Assembly (NCBI GenBank): GCA_035221665.1 | Contig: CM069147.1 | Location: forward strand, 20,336,001 to 20,400,000 | DNA length: 64,000 bases | Source: Okamejei kenojei | Lineage: Eukaryota | Reading direction: 5' to 3' | Part shown: piece after piece, positions 62,623 to 64,000 of the stretch | Layout of the letters: each line of letters begins with the position of its first letter | How positions within the stretch are numbered: position 1 is the first letter of the stretch | Translations under genes and position numbers: made by a program | The notes under the pieces: generated by a model | Databases searched by the model: none | The model's input: the letters and a program-made list of their open reading frames with translations, nothing else | What the model was told of the DNA's origin: nothing

Positions 62623-64000
62623 AAAGAGGTTTGCTTATTAAGATAAAAGGATTGTATTTATTTTTGCAACGTAGCGCCCGGTACTTTGGCCCCAAGTTCA
62701 AAATGTCCATGATCAATAAATGAACGTAAAAGTTCATTTATTTCATACTATCGGCTGAATTTCCCTGTTCTATCAGCCATATCCACGATAATGCACCGAG
62801 CTTCGCCCACGAAATTCACCGCTGCTTTTTTGTAGTGTGCGTAGGACGTGCGAATGTGCGGGGATGGTTGTGCGGTGCGGGCTCGGTGGGCCGAAGGGCC
62901 TGATTCCGGGATGTATCTCTAAACTAAACTATAAAGAAGGGCGAATTGGCATGAGACCTATGATTAATTCAACAAACAAAAGGTGATACGAATTGATAAA
63001 AGTAAAAGCTGGGAGTGTTAGAAAGGGAATCAATTATGAAAAAAACGTAAATATGTCAAGAGACTTTAGATTTTAAAAATCTGTTGAATTCCTGGAGATT
63101 CGTCTTAAACTACAATTGTAACGTCTTTTCATTTATTCCTCTATATCTAGTCACTCAATTCCTTTAAGTGTCCGAACTTTGAAAGCCACAGGCAAGAGTG
63201 AAACAAATTACAGATGTATTTTTAGTTTGGACTGCCTTATCATCTGAGTGACTTTAGTGTATAATCAAACCTATTCAAATATGGACATGAAATTAAGTGC
63301 ACAAGTAACTGACAGCTCTTCATGCGTTTTGTTCTCTTTCATGTGAAGATCATGTATCAGTTTCAGTGTATTACCTGACATTTTGTAGAGAAGTGCCAAA
63401 AGTCAGGCATTATAACATCATCTCTTTCAGATCAAAATAGTTGACTTTTTTTTCCCAGTGGCCCCATGATGTATCCGATTATGTTGGAAGGTCAGGTTGA
63501 ACGAAAATGTTTTCCTGACATCCTCTTTATAATATTATTTGGATGCATAGACTTTGCAGAGCAACTTTATGTGCAATTGCCTCAAAGAAACAGACTTTCT
63601 AATACATTGCTCAAATTACATTTTTATGGCCAGGTTAAGCATCGAACGTAATAAGGCGAGCATTCTGCAAATAGATTGTCTGAGCACAGCGCAACTTAAC
63701 TTTTAACCACAGAGTGTACGATATCATCAGCATGCCCGCGAGTGCAATTCTATTCTCTGCTGTTTGAGACTTTCCATTTGCTCGAGCTACAAACACACTG
63801 AAGGAAAAATGGAGACATGCAGCATCAAACAAAAAACATTCGGCCCGGCTAGCCTTTGGAGAACGAGATACCTATCTACATTCACGCCATTTTCCTGCCC
63901 TTATCCTTTTATTCATTTTCTATTCGTGTATCTTCCTAAATTCGTTTAAAACTGTGATTATATCTACCTCTGACACCTTCTCTGGCAGATTGTTCCATAT

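Overview
Vertebrate genomic DNA, most likely from a cartilaginous fish (skate-like CR1/Penelope repeat landscape; the taxon is an inference). The ORF track shows only fragments, but splicing exons by hand on the minus strand reveals a tandem cluster of four non-rearranging Ig-superfamily receptor genes. The architecture is leader, germline-joined VJ-type V domain, C1-set domain, TM, cytoplasmic tail. Genes B (23608-31186) and C (46296-53476) are complete, in frame, 6 exons and 287 aa each. They have an Arg in the outer TM and a Tyr-free tail (activating type). Gene A (693-~7620) and gene D (only the 3' part is in the window, TM exon 62008-62115) have an uncharged GC(V/I)VGG TM, so the cluster looks like a paired-receptor family. 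Gene B is a chimera made by a ~22-24 kb tandem duplication (junction ~26770, 3-bp microhomology) that joined the gene-A ectodomain to the gene-C activating TM/tail. Positions ~3.6-13.2 kb are poorly polished sequence with homopolymer inflation, so the gene A frameshifts are probably artefacts. The remainder is CR1, L1 and Penelope retroelements (several carrying hammerhead-ribozyme cores), a rolling-circle-like repeat and one N-gap. Repeat boundaries are approximate; exon boundaries were read from GT/AG sites.
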